The notes under the pieces are model-generated. The model was not told the DNA's origin. It made no database searches and saw only the letters and a list, made by a program, of their open reading frames with translations. Below, one piece after another: positions 32,572 through 40,774 of a stretch of DNA of 64,000 nt. This DNA comes from an uncultured Gammaproteobacteria bacterium (GTDB taxonomy: Bacteria > Pseudomonadota > Gammaproteobacteria > JAGOUU01). The DNA lies in NCBI GenBank assembly GCA_963977185.1, contig CAXBNV010000001.1, forward strand, positions 118,619 through 182,618. Reading direction: 5' to 3'. Within the stretch, counting starts at the first letter, position 1. The number at the start of each line of letters is the position of its first letter. Made by a program: the position numbers and the translations under genes.

Positions 32572-34179
32572 TTATTTTAATTGAGCTTTAAGCTTACAAG
32601 TGTAATCATTACTTACATTTCTGTATTCACTATATATATCAATAAACTTATTATGACCAAAATTTAACCAAACTTGAAAATCATTTGGATCATTGAAAAT
32701 ATGTTTAATGTTTCTTAGAGATTTATTAAATCCTAATGGTTTATTAAGTTTTTTAAATCTAACATCAGCAATATCAATTAAAGCTAAATTTTTAGAATTT
32801 GCTTCTAATAAAATATTACCTAAATGCAAAGATCTAAAAAACACACCTTTTTGGTGTAAAGTTACGAGTTCTTCTATAAATCTTAAAATTAAATCATGAT
32901 TATCCTCAATATTAATACTATTGTTGTTAGTAATAATATTTCTTAAGTCTTGACCTGGAATAGACTTATATGTAATAAAATGAGGCTTTCTTGGGTGATT
33001 ATGATTTTTGATATAAAATACTTTTTCAGGCTTGATAGTACTAATATTTAGTTTTTGTAGTTTTATAGAGTTAATAATAAATTTATCAGCATAAGATTTA
33101 AATTTTGTCGAGGTCATGCCACTTTTTTTATAAAATATTTTTATATAATGCTCTTGATTTAATAATAATTTTGGCCCGTGCTTATTTTTTTTAATCACTT
33201 GAGATTTTTCAATAATTTTTTGAAATTTATTATTAGTTATTGTATTTTTATAATAAATTTCAGGTGAGCCAATTGGTCTTGTTTTAAACCTCTTATGTAC
33301 CCAAAAATATTGTTCAGGATGTAATTTAATGCTTTTTTCAAAAAAAGAATTTATAATTTTTGCATCCTGATAAAAGTCACCGGTTGGTATTTGCTCTAAT
33401 GGCGGATTAAAAGCAATAATATATTTTTGTAGATTTTCATCAAAATAATAGTCAATTGGAAGAATAGGTGCTTTAGTTATTTTTGATATTTTAGATAGGC
33501 TGGTAATTGTTGCTGTATCTACATTAAAAAAAGGAGCAAAAATGCTATGATCACGGCCAAAGTCTTGATCAGCTGCATTCCAAAGCATAGAATTATCTTT
33601 AAGAGCTTTTATCATGTCTCTTACATTGGATTTAAAAAAAATTTTATTAAATATTTTCGTTCTTGATTTTTGCATTACATAATTAAATACAGGATTTTTT
33701 ATGTGTCTAAATGTAGGAGTTATGTTAAATGGCTTTTGGCTTAAAAATCTACCGATTATTTCTAAGCAATAATTATGGGGAGCTAATACTAGAATTCCTT
33801 TTTTTTGATTTAAACATTGCTCAAAGTATTCTATATTTTTAAATTCAATTAAAGGCTCTATTTTTTTATCAGAGCTAAACCATGAAAATGCAGATTCAAT
33901 AAAACCTATACCTAAATATTTAAAATTTTCTTTAACTAAATTTTGTTGTTGATTTTGATTTAACTCAGGAAAACATAATTTTATATTAGTTTTACAAGCT
34001 AATCGACGTTCTTTTAAAAGATAATAAGCTATTTTGCCTAAAGCTTGACCAATTTTTCTTTGAGGCTTCAAAGGAAGCATGCTTATTAATTTCAAAATAG
34101 CAATGCTAAGCCATGCTGGAAGATAAAGAGGGTTAAATAGCGAAGCTGTCTTATGATGATATAATTTTATTTTTTTCAT
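32572..34179 (-). CDS. Fusion protein: LpxL/HtrB-type lipid A late acyltransferase plus a C-terminal Kdo/WaaP-family LPS kinase-like domain
   Basis: The first 300 aa or so resemble LpxL. They carry an N-terminal transmembrane anchor, a conserved H in LAPHNYCLE, and a C-terminal WVHKRFKTRP. The last 230 aa or so have the kinase-like LHLGNILL...LIDIAD. Confidence 0.7.
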   Translation of the reverse strand: MKKIKLYHHKTASLFNPLYLPAWLSIAILKLISMLPLKPQRKIGQALGKIAYYLLKERRLACKTNIKLCFPELNQNQQQNLVKENFKYLGIGFIESAFSWFSSDKKIEPLIEFKNIEYFEQCLNQKKGILVLAPHNYCLEIIGRFLSQKPFNITPTFRHIKNPVFNYVMQKSRTKIFNKIFFKSNVRDMIKALKDNSMLWNAADQDFGRDHSIFAPFFNVDTATITSLSKISKITKAPILPIDYYFDENLQKYIIAFNPPLEQIPTGDFYQDAKIINSFFEKSIKLHPEQYFWVHKRFKTRPIGSPEIYYKNTITNNKFQKIIEKSQVIKKNKHGPKLLLNQEHYIKIFYKKSGMTSTKFKSYADKFIINSIKLQKLNISTIKPEKVFYIKNHNHPRKPHFITYKSIPGQDLRNIITNNNSINIEDNHDLILRFIEELVTLHQKGVFFRSLHLGNILLEANSKNLALIDIADVRFKKLNKPLGFNKSLRNIKHIFNDPNDFQVWLNFGHNKFIDIYSEYRNVSNDYTCKLKAQLK

Positions 34180-34266
34180 GAGAATAATTAATTATTATTT
34201 ATTGATATTTTAGGATATTATTTTATATATATTAACAGATACATTTAATATGGCTCAAGGTAAAAT

Positions 34267-35496
34267 ATGATTTTAGTTATTGGTGATGTAATGCTAGATA
34301 GATATTGGATGTCAGATATTACTGAAATATCTAATGATGCTCCAGTACCTTGTGTAAAAATAAGAGAAACTAAGGATTATCCTGGTGGAGCAGCTAATGT
34401 TGCAAATAATGTTGCAAGTTTGGGGCATGATGTATGCTTAATTGGACTTACGGCAGATGATAAGAATAAATCTATTTTGCAACAAAAATTATTTAAAAAT
34501 AAAGTTAACTCAATATTTTTTGATAGTTTAAATGCCACAACGACTAAGTTAAGAATCATAGCTAAAGACAATCAATTGCTAAGAGTAGATTTTGAAGATG
34601 ATGATTGTTCAAATAATTTAAAAACATTAGAAAAAAAGAGTCTAACAGTAGATAATTTAAAAAGTAATAAAGAAATTATAAAGCTTCTTGATGAGACAAA
34701 AGTTATAATTTTTTCTGATTACGCTAAAGGAGCTTTATCAAATATAGAAAAAATTATTCAATATATTAATAAAAGCTATAATAATATAAAAATACTGATA
34801 GATCCTAAAAGTCATGATTATAGAAAATATGATAACGTTTATTTACTAAAGCCTAATTTTTCAGAAGTGCAGCAAATGTTAGGTGAGTGCGAGAGTATAG
34901 ATGATTTACATGAAAAATCAAAAGTTTTTTTAGCGCAAAATAATATTAAAAACTTATTGGTAACTTTAGGCAAAGATGGAATGGTTCTTTATAGGAAAGA
35001 CCATAATCCTTATCATGTTGCTTCAAAAGCAAATGATGTATTTGATGTGACAGGTGCAGGTGATACTGTATTGGCAACAATAGCAAGTTCAATTTATCAA
35101 GAGCAATCGATAGAAGATGCAATTCATCTTGCGACAACGGCTGCATCAATTGCGGTAAGTACGCTTGGGACAGCTTGTATGGGAATTGATATTTTAAATA
35201 AATCGCCCTCACTTAAGAAAAATAATTTAAATAAATTAATATCATCAAATAAAAAAGAAATAATTCAACAAGCATTAGAAAAAGCAAATAAAAGCTTATA
35301 TATTTACGATGATAAGATTGACTTAATAGACAGTTCTTTAATTAAGACTTTTAAAAATATCAAAAAAAATTACGAAGTACTATGGATTAAGTTTGATAAA
35401 CAAAAAGAATTAACTGTGAATTATATTCATAATCTAGATGTTAAAATAGAAATATTGAAAAACTTAAAATCAGTTGATGGTATTTTGATAGAATGA
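34267..35496 (+). CDS. hldE: HldE domain-I-type sugar kinase (D-glycero-beta-D-manno-heptose-7-phosphate kinase) with a degenerate, truncated C-terminal domain
   Basis: N-terminal 300 aa align with the E. coli HldE kinase domain (GDVMLDRYW...PGGAANVA...DVTGAGDT). The C-terminal 100 aa or so lack the HxGH nucleotidyltransferase motif. Confidence 0.75.
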   Translation: MILVIGDVMLDRYWMSDITEISNDAPVPCVKIRETKDYPGGAANVANNVASLGHDVCLIGLTADDKNKSILQQKLFKNKVNSIFFDSLNATTTKLRIIAKDNQLLRVDFEDDDCSNNLKTLEKKSLTVDNLKSNKEIIKLLDETKVIIFSDYAKGALSNIEKIIQYINKSYNNIKILIDPKSHDYRKYDNVYLLKPNFSEVQQMLGECESIDDLHEKSKVFLAQNNIKNLLVTLGKDGMVLYRKDHNPYHVASKANDVFDVTGAGDTVLATIASSIYQEQSIEDAIHLATTAASIAVSTLGTACMGIDILNKSPSLKKNNLNKLISSNKKEIIQQALEKANKSLYIYDDKIDLIDSSLIKTFKNIKKNYEVLWIKFDKQKELTVNYIHNLDVKIEILKNLKSVDGILIE

Positions 35497-36788
35497 ATTA
35501 TCTTCTAAAAATATTATATAATTTATTACTATTACCTTTAGCAAGTTTTAGACTTATATATAAAAGTTACTACGATAAATCTTATTTAAAATATGTCAAA
35601 GAAAGATATGGATTTTGTAATACAAAAGACATTAGCAAATATATCCATAATACTGATATTTTAATTCATGTTGTATCTTTAGGGGAATTTATAGCATCAG
35701 AAAAATTAATTTGTAGCTTACTTTCTAAATATCCTAAATATAATATAGTTGTAACTTGTACTACCCCAACGGCTAGAGCCAAAATTGATTCAAAGTTTAA
35801 TTACAATCAAGTTTTTTGTTGTTATTTGCCATATGATAATTATTATATTATAAATAAATTTATAAAAAAATTATCACCGAAAATTACGATTTTTGTTGAA
35901 AAAGAAATTTGGCCTAACTTATATTCAGCTCTTAAAAAAGTTAACTCAAAAATAATTATTATTAATGCAACATTAAACATAAAATCTTTTAATAATTATA
36001 ATAAAATACATAAATTAATTGCTAAAAGTATTAATCAAGTTGATTACATTTGCGCACAGAGCAGCGATGATTTGAATAATTTTGTAAAATTAGGTTATGA
36101 CAAAGATAATATAGCTGTATATGGAAATATTAAATATGATTTAGATTACCCAACAGATTTAGATTATGAATCTAATATTTATAAAAAAAAATTAGCCTTA
36201 GATGATAGATTAGTAATCATTGCTGCTAGCACTCATGCAGATGAAGAAGATATTATTTTAAAAACTTTTATAAAGCTTAAACAAAAAAATAATAATTTAT
36301 TATTAATTTTAGTACCAAGGCATCCACATAGATTCGATGAAATATATGAACTAAGTAAAAAATACAATCTGCATACAGGAAGGTATAGTAAGCTACAAGG
36401 AGCTACAGAGACTCTAGATGTTTTTTTATTAGACACTATAGGAAAGTTATTATATTTTTATAATTTGTCTGATATAGCCTTTGTCGGCGGAAGTTTAGTG
36501 CCTAATATAGGCTGCCATAATATTTTAGAACCAGCAATGTTTAAGCTACCTATAGTAATAGGTAATAATTATTTTAATTATAAAGATATTATCACAAGAT
36601 TTAATAATAATTTTGGAATAAATATAGCTGAAAATAATATTGATTTAGATAATATATTCTTAAAATTATTAAATAATAAAGAGCTTAGATTACAACAAGG
36701 TAATACAGCTTTTAATGAATTCAAAAAAGGTCAGGGTGCTTTAGAGAAGACTTTAAAGAAATTAGAGTTTTTATTAAAAACTACTTGA
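35493..36788 (+). CDS. waaA: 3-deoxy-D-manno-octulosonic acid (Kdo) transferase
   Basis: RYGF...IHVVSLGEF matches the E. coli WaaA N-terminus. 431 aa. Overlaps hldE by 4 nt. Confidence 0.88.
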   Translation: MNYLLKILYNLLLLPLASFRLIYKSYYDKSYLKYVKERYGFCNTKDISKYIHNTDILIHVVSLGEFIASEKLICSLLSKYPKYNIVVTCTTPTARAKIDSKFNYNQVFCCYLPYDNYYIINKFIKKLSPKITIFVEKEIWPNLYSALKKVNSKIIIINATLNIKSFNNYNKIHKLIAKSINQVDYICAQSSDDLNNFVKLGYDKDNIAVYGNIKYDLDYPTDLDYESNIYKKKLALDDRLVIIAASTHADEEDIILKTFIKLKQKNNNLLLILVPRHPHRFDEIYELSKKYNLHTGRYSKLQGATETLDVFLLDTIGKLLYFYNLSDIAFVGGSLVPNIGCHNILEPAMFKLPIVIGNNYFNYKDIITRFNNNFGINIAENNIDLDNIFLKLLNNKELRLQQGNTAFNEFKKGQGALEKTLKKLEFLLKTT

Positions 36789-36829
36789 CGTTAAGCCTTA
36801 ACTTGTTTAGAATTACACACATCTACAGC

Positions 36830-36905
36830 GGGGCTATAGTTCAGCTGGGAGAACGCTTGCGTGGCACGCAAGAGGTCGGCGGTTCGAGCCCGCCTAGCTC
36901 CACCA
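36830..36905 (+). tRNA. tRNA-Ala(GGC)
   Basis: Acceptor ggggcta with a G3:U70 pair. Anticodon loop guGGCac. T-loop ggttcgagcc. 3' CCA. Confidence 0.85.
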
Positions 36906-36934
36906 GATTTGCTCGAAACATTTAATGTCATATG

Positions 36935-37010
36935 GTCCCCATCGTCTAGAGGCCTAGGACACCGCCCTTTCACGGCGGCAACACGGGTTCGAATCCCGTT
37001 GGGGACGCCA
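36935..37010 (+). tRNA. tRNA-Glu(UUC)
   Basis: gtccccatcgtctagaggcctagg...cuUUCac...ggttcgaatcc...ggggac. 3' CCA. Confidence 0.88.
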
Positions 37011-37087
37011 ATATAATTAATCATTTCTGTATCTGTCATTGTTATATTAAAATTAAGCTTTATAAAATATTTTAGTTAAATTTTATT

Positions 37088-37705
37088 TTAATAAATATTA
37101 TTCTCAGTAACTATTATATCAAGGTTGATATCCCATGGTTCAAAAGGAATAAAATCTAATTTTTGAAATTCAAAAGCAAGTCCAATTAAAATAGGATTAG
37201 ATGTATTGCTATTTTGTTTATGAATAAGCAAGCTTTTTAAAGTCTTATCATAATATCCTCCACCCATACCTAATCTTTTTCTAGAGCTAGTAAAAGCAAC
37301 CATAGGTATAAAAATTATATCTAATTTCTCAATATTAATTTTATTTTTTAAAATAACTTCAGGTTCAAGTATTTTATATTTATTAGGAATAAGTTTAATA
37401 TTTGGAGAGTATTTATAAAATTCAAAATAATTATTATTTTTGTTTATTATTGGTAGATAGCAATTTTTTTCTAGAGTTAAAATTTCTTTTATTATATTAG
37501 TAGTATCTAATTCTTCAGGAGTTGAATGATAAATAGCTATATTTTGAGAATTTTTAAATAAACTCCAAGTTTTTATAAAATCAAATATTTTAACTTCAGC
37601 AATTTTTTTATCTTGAAGATTTATATTTTTTTTTAAGTTTTTAATTTTAGAGCGGAGCTCTTTTTTTTTAGTTTGATTAGAAGATAATGATTTGTTGTCA
37701 TCCAT
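37088..37705 (-). CDS. ygfA: 5-formyltetrahydrofolate cyclo-ligase (YgfA)
   Basis: RLGMGGGYYDKTL signature motif. Lies downstream of the 6S RNA as in E. coli ssrS-ygfA. The start was moved to the internal Met because the longer ORF runs into the 6S RNA. Confidence 0.75.
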   Translation of the reverse strand: MDDNKSLSSNQTKKKELRSKIKNLKKNINLQDKKIAEVKIFDFIKTWSLFKNSQNIAIYHSTPEELDTTNIIKEILTLEKNCYLPIINKNNNYFEFYKYSPNIKLIPNKYKILEPEVILKNKINIEKLDIIFIPMVAFTSSRKRLGMGGGYYDKTLKSLLIHKQNSNTSNPILIGLAFEFQKLDFIPFEPWDINLDIIVTENNIY

Positions 37706-37738
37706 GACAGATATAATATCTATAAAATAAAAATTAGG

Positions 37739-37925
37739 GGTGCCACTGAATGTACCGTTGCAGTTGCGGATTTGAACCAGCTGGTTCAAGTGGGATCATC
37801 GGTTATACCGTAGGCTTCCTGCTACAAGGCAGGCTTGCACAAAAGCATAAGCTCTTAGAACCCTTTTATCGCAAATTATCGGCTCAAAACACTAATACTG
37901 CTATCGCATACTCAAGTGGCACCAA
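37739..37925 (-). ncRNA. ssrS: 6S RNA (SsrS)
   Basis: Position between zapA and ygfA. About 185 nt. The 5' end (ggugccacuugagu) and 3' end (auucaguggcacc) pair as a closing stem. Internal uugaaccagcugguucaagug resembles the E. coli 6S segment cuugaaccaaggguucaaggg. Confidence 0.7.
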
Positions 37926-37979
37926 AACTGTTTGCTTTATTTAAATTTAAATAAGCTCTTAATTACATTCTATACCAAA

Positions 37980-38321
37980 TCAAAGTAATTCTTCAAGTGA
38001 TATATTTGGTTTTCTAAGTGGCGAAGATTTAGCTCGAATTAATTCATCAATATTTTTTTCTAACTCTCTGATTTTGTGATGAGATTTTTTTATCTCATTA
38101 TCTTTTTGTTTATTTTGATTAATTAATTCATTAGTAAAGTTAAGAGTTGATATCATTGTTAAATGATCAAAGCTATCAAGACGTTGATTAGAATGAATAT
38201 TTTTGATTTTTTTATTGATAAAGTCAGCCGTTCTTATAAGCTCATCTTGTTTATCAATAGGGCATTTAATTTTATATTCTTTATTAAAAATTTTTATTTT
38301 TATTACGGTTGTTTCAGTCAT
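37980..38321 (-). CDS. zapA: Cell division protein ZapA
   Basis: IKIFNKEYKIKCPIDKQDELIRTADFINKKIKNI aligns with the E. coli ZapA N-terminus. Coiled-coil C-terminus. Immediately upstream of ssrS. Confidence 0.8.
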   Translation of the reverse strand: MTETTVIKIKIFNKEYKIKCPIDKQDELIRTADFINKKIKNIHSNQRLDSFDHLTMISTLNFTNELINQNKQKDNEIKKSHHKIRELEKNIDELIRAKSSPLRKPNISLEELL

Positions 38322-38378
38322 ATTGTTTAATTAATATTTAAGTCAGGTTAATTTTTCTTTATTAATTTTATCTTATAG

Positions 38379-38600
38379 TTAATTTTTTTGAATTAAGAAT
38401 TCAATATAACCTGGTTCTTGATTAATATTAATAATTATATGACTATTGATTCTGCACCAGGTTGGAATATCATGTAATGTTCCTGGATCGGTGCAGATAG
38501 CTTCTATGGTATCACCTATATTAATTTCATTAATTTTATTCTGCACTTTGATCACAGGCATTGGACAAAGGAAATTTTTTAGGTCTAAATAATGTTTCAT
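38379..38600 (-). CDS. TusA/SirA-family sulfur carrier protein
   Basis: 73 aa. LCPMPV (CPxP) motif near the N-terminus. Confidence 0.75.
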   Translation of the reverse strand: MKHYLDLKNFLCPMPVIKVQNKINEINIGDTIEAICTDPGTLHDIPTWCRINSHIIININQEPGYIEFLIQKN

Positions 38601-38623
38601 GTATTTATATTTATATTTATATT

Positions 38624-39703
38624 TTATTTAAGATACCAAGATTCTAATACTTGTTCTGGTTCAAAAGGTGTAATCTGAATGATTTTTGATTTACTTGTTT
38701 CATTATCTAATTTAAAGTTAACTTTTATATCGATGAAACCATTTTCTGTAGCTTTTGCAAATCTACCTAAAATTTTACATGCTAGTTCTAAATCTTCATC
38801 TGATTCAATTTTGCCATCTATTAAAGCAAGAGGTCCAGTAGTATTTTCTAATTCAAGATTAATAAAACTTTTTTTGTAGCCAGATAGAAAGTTATTTTCT
38901 CCTTCTTCTCTTGCTATAATTAACTTAAAATTATTTTTAGGTCTTATATGTCTACCTATTTTAAGTAACATGATATCATCTAACTCATAATTTTTAGAGT
39001 TTCTATTTTTCCATAGATCAGATAATTTATTGCTATAAGCTTTATCTGTTAAGAAGCAACAGCCTCCAGCAGGTTGAGCATAATCTGAAATATTGTATTT
39101 TTCAGCTAATTCAAATTGAGGTTTTCTTGATCTACCAGTTAGGTTTAATAACTGCTCTCTATCAACCCAGCCTTCTATTTCTGGGAGTGTCGGCTCTAAA
39201 TTTTGAGCACAAAGTGGTCTTAGCAATAAATTTGTAGCGCCTGATTGTTCAGCAACTATAGGCATGCAAGCTTTTCTTTGGGATTTTGGTCTTTGTCCAA
39301 TTACTTCACCAGTAATAATGAAATCAAAATTATTGGCTTTAATCCATTCAAAAGCTTTTTTTAGCATAAATATCTTGCAATCTAAACAAGGATTAAGATG
39401 AGCTCCATAACCATGCTTGGGATTAATTACTACGTCTTTATATTCTTCTACTATATCAATAATATGTAATTTAATGCCTAGTTGTTCAGCAACCCATAAA
39501 GAATTATTTCTTTTAGGTTTGCTTTTATCTTTTTTACGAATTGCATGTGTATGACCTTCGACACAAAAACCTGTGAAAAAATTTATTCCTTCTACATGAA
39601 TTCCTTGCTCAATCATTAGTTTTGCTGCAAGCATTGAATCTAAGCCACCAGAAATTAGGGCTACAGCTTTTTTAGGTTGAGTCTTTTGTGTAGTATTTTG
39701 CAT
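38624..39703 (-). CDS. PP-loop superfamily ATP pyrophosphatase, candidate tRNA thiolation enzyme (MnmA/ThiI-like)
   Basis: SGGLDS PP-loop. NPCLDCKIFMLKKAF resembles MnmA NPDILCNKEIKFKAF. GGCCF cysteine pair. Adjacent TusA-like gene. Confidence 0.55.
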   Translation of the reverse strand: MQNTTQKTQPKKAVALISGGLDSMLAAKLMIEQGIHVEGINFFTGFCVEGHTHAIRKKDKSKPKRNNSLWVAEQLGIKLHIIDIVEEYKDVVINPKHGYGAHLNPCLDCKIFMLKKAFEWIKANNFDFIITGEVIGQRPKSQRKACMPIVAEQSGATNLLLRPLCAQNLEPTLPEIEGWVDREQLLNLTGRSRKPQFELAEKYNISDYAQPAGGCCFLTDKAYSNKLSDLWKNRNSKNYELDDIMLLKIGRHIRPKNNFKLIIAREEGENNFLSGYKKSFINLELENTTGPLALIDGKIESDEDLELACKILGRFAKATENGFIDIKVNFKLDNETSKSKIIQITPFEPEQVLESWYLK

Positions 39704-39886
39704 ATTAAAATTAAATTAAATGTATAGTAAAAAAAAATAACAGGACAACATTTTATACTAAAATGTAAAATATATGAATTTTTTTAACAAAAATTTATAT
39801 ATCTTTGTAATATAATGTATAATTTTTATTAAATAATTATTAAGATTATTTAAGTTAAATATTTTTAGAACTCTAAGGGGAAAATC

Positions 39887-40693
39887 ATGGCAAAGCCTGC
39901 TAAACCAAAAAAAACAATAACAAAAAAAGTAATCGCTAATAAAGCAACAGCTAATAAAGCAACAGCTAATAAAGCAACAGCTAATAAAGCAACAGCTAAG
40001 AAAGTAACAGCTAAGAAAGTAACAGCTAAGAAAGTAACAGCTAAGAAAGTAACAGCTAAGAAAGTAGAAGCTACGTTTAGTCATGATTTAGAAACCATGT
40101 TGATTGCAACGTTGGACGCTAATACAATAGCTTTAATTAAAGAAGAAACAAGTATTGCTAAAGAGTTTGAAAAATTATCTAAAAAATCTGATTCACAAAA
40201 AGCAAAGTTAGCTAAACTTAGAGATAAAAAAACAGAAATTAAAGCAAAAATTGCTAAAAAAACAACAGCAGCACTTAAAAAGCAATTAGATACTTGCACT
40301 AAAAATATAATGCAAGAGACTGAGCTTTCAGTAAGCATAAAAACAGAGTTAGCTTTAGTGAAAGATAAATTATCTAAACTTCAAGCGACTATGAAGCTAT
40401 CAAAAGATCTTGATAAAACTATTAACACTTTTAAGAAATTAAGATTATTAACAGAAAAAAAAGCAGAAGATAAAAAAATAGCTGCAGCTAAAGCAAGAGA
40501 GCAAGCTCAAAAAGCTAAACAAAAGGCTGCAAAAGAAGCTGGTAAATTAGGAAAAAAATCTACAAAAAAAAATAATAATGGTAAAATAGCAAATGTTGTG
40601 ACAAGCATAACATCTGCGACTAATTTAAGTCCTGATAATAAAAGTGCTGAGAGTACAGCAACTGCAAAAGAAAAAGAAGCAGAAGCTATATAA
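39887..40693 (+). CDS. Lysine/alanine-rich histone-H1-like repeat protein
   Basis: N-terminal KATAN x4 followed by KKVTA x5. Central coiled coil. K/A-rich C-terminus AAAKAREQAQKAKQKAAKEAGK. RBS aagggga. Confidence 0.6.
   Translation: MAKPAKPKKTITKKVIANKATANKATANKATANKATAKKVTAKKVTAKKVTAKKVTAKKVEATFSHDLETMLIATLDANTIALIKEETSIAKEFEKLSKKSDSQKAKLAKLRDKKTEIKAKIAKKTTAALKKQLDTCTKNIMQETELSVSIKTELALVKDKLSKLQATMKLSKDLDKTINTFKKLRLLTEKKAEDKKIAAAKAREQAQKAKQKAAKEAGKLGKKSTKKNNNGKIANVVTSITSATNLSPDNKSAESTATAKEKEAEAI
39926..40075. repeat. Two adjacent arrays of 15 bp in-frame tandem repeats, about 10 units
   Basis: aaagcaacagctaat x4, then aaagtaacagctaag x4-5, with degenerate flanking units. Confidence 0.85.
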
Positions 40694-40774
40694 ATAATAG
40701 CCATAGTAAATAAGATTAAATATTTTGATATAATTATATTTACTATGGTTCTTTAGTTTTTTCGAATAAATAAA

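Noticed and set aside
37750-37944. 64 aa plus-strand ORF
   Set aside because: It lies entirely within the predicted 6S RNA locus. Conserved RNA structure explains the sequence better than coding.
39926-40075. Possible CRISPR array suggested by regularly spaced short repeats (also 13344-13430)
   Set aside because: The repeats are directly tandem with no spacers, in frame within coding sequence, and only 15 or 24 bp. They are coding VNTRs, not CRISPR.
39758-40084. Minus-strand ORF with SCYFLSCYFLSCYF repeats
   Set aside because: Antisense of the 15 bp repeat arrays in the histone-like gene. The upstream part lies in the divergent promoter region.
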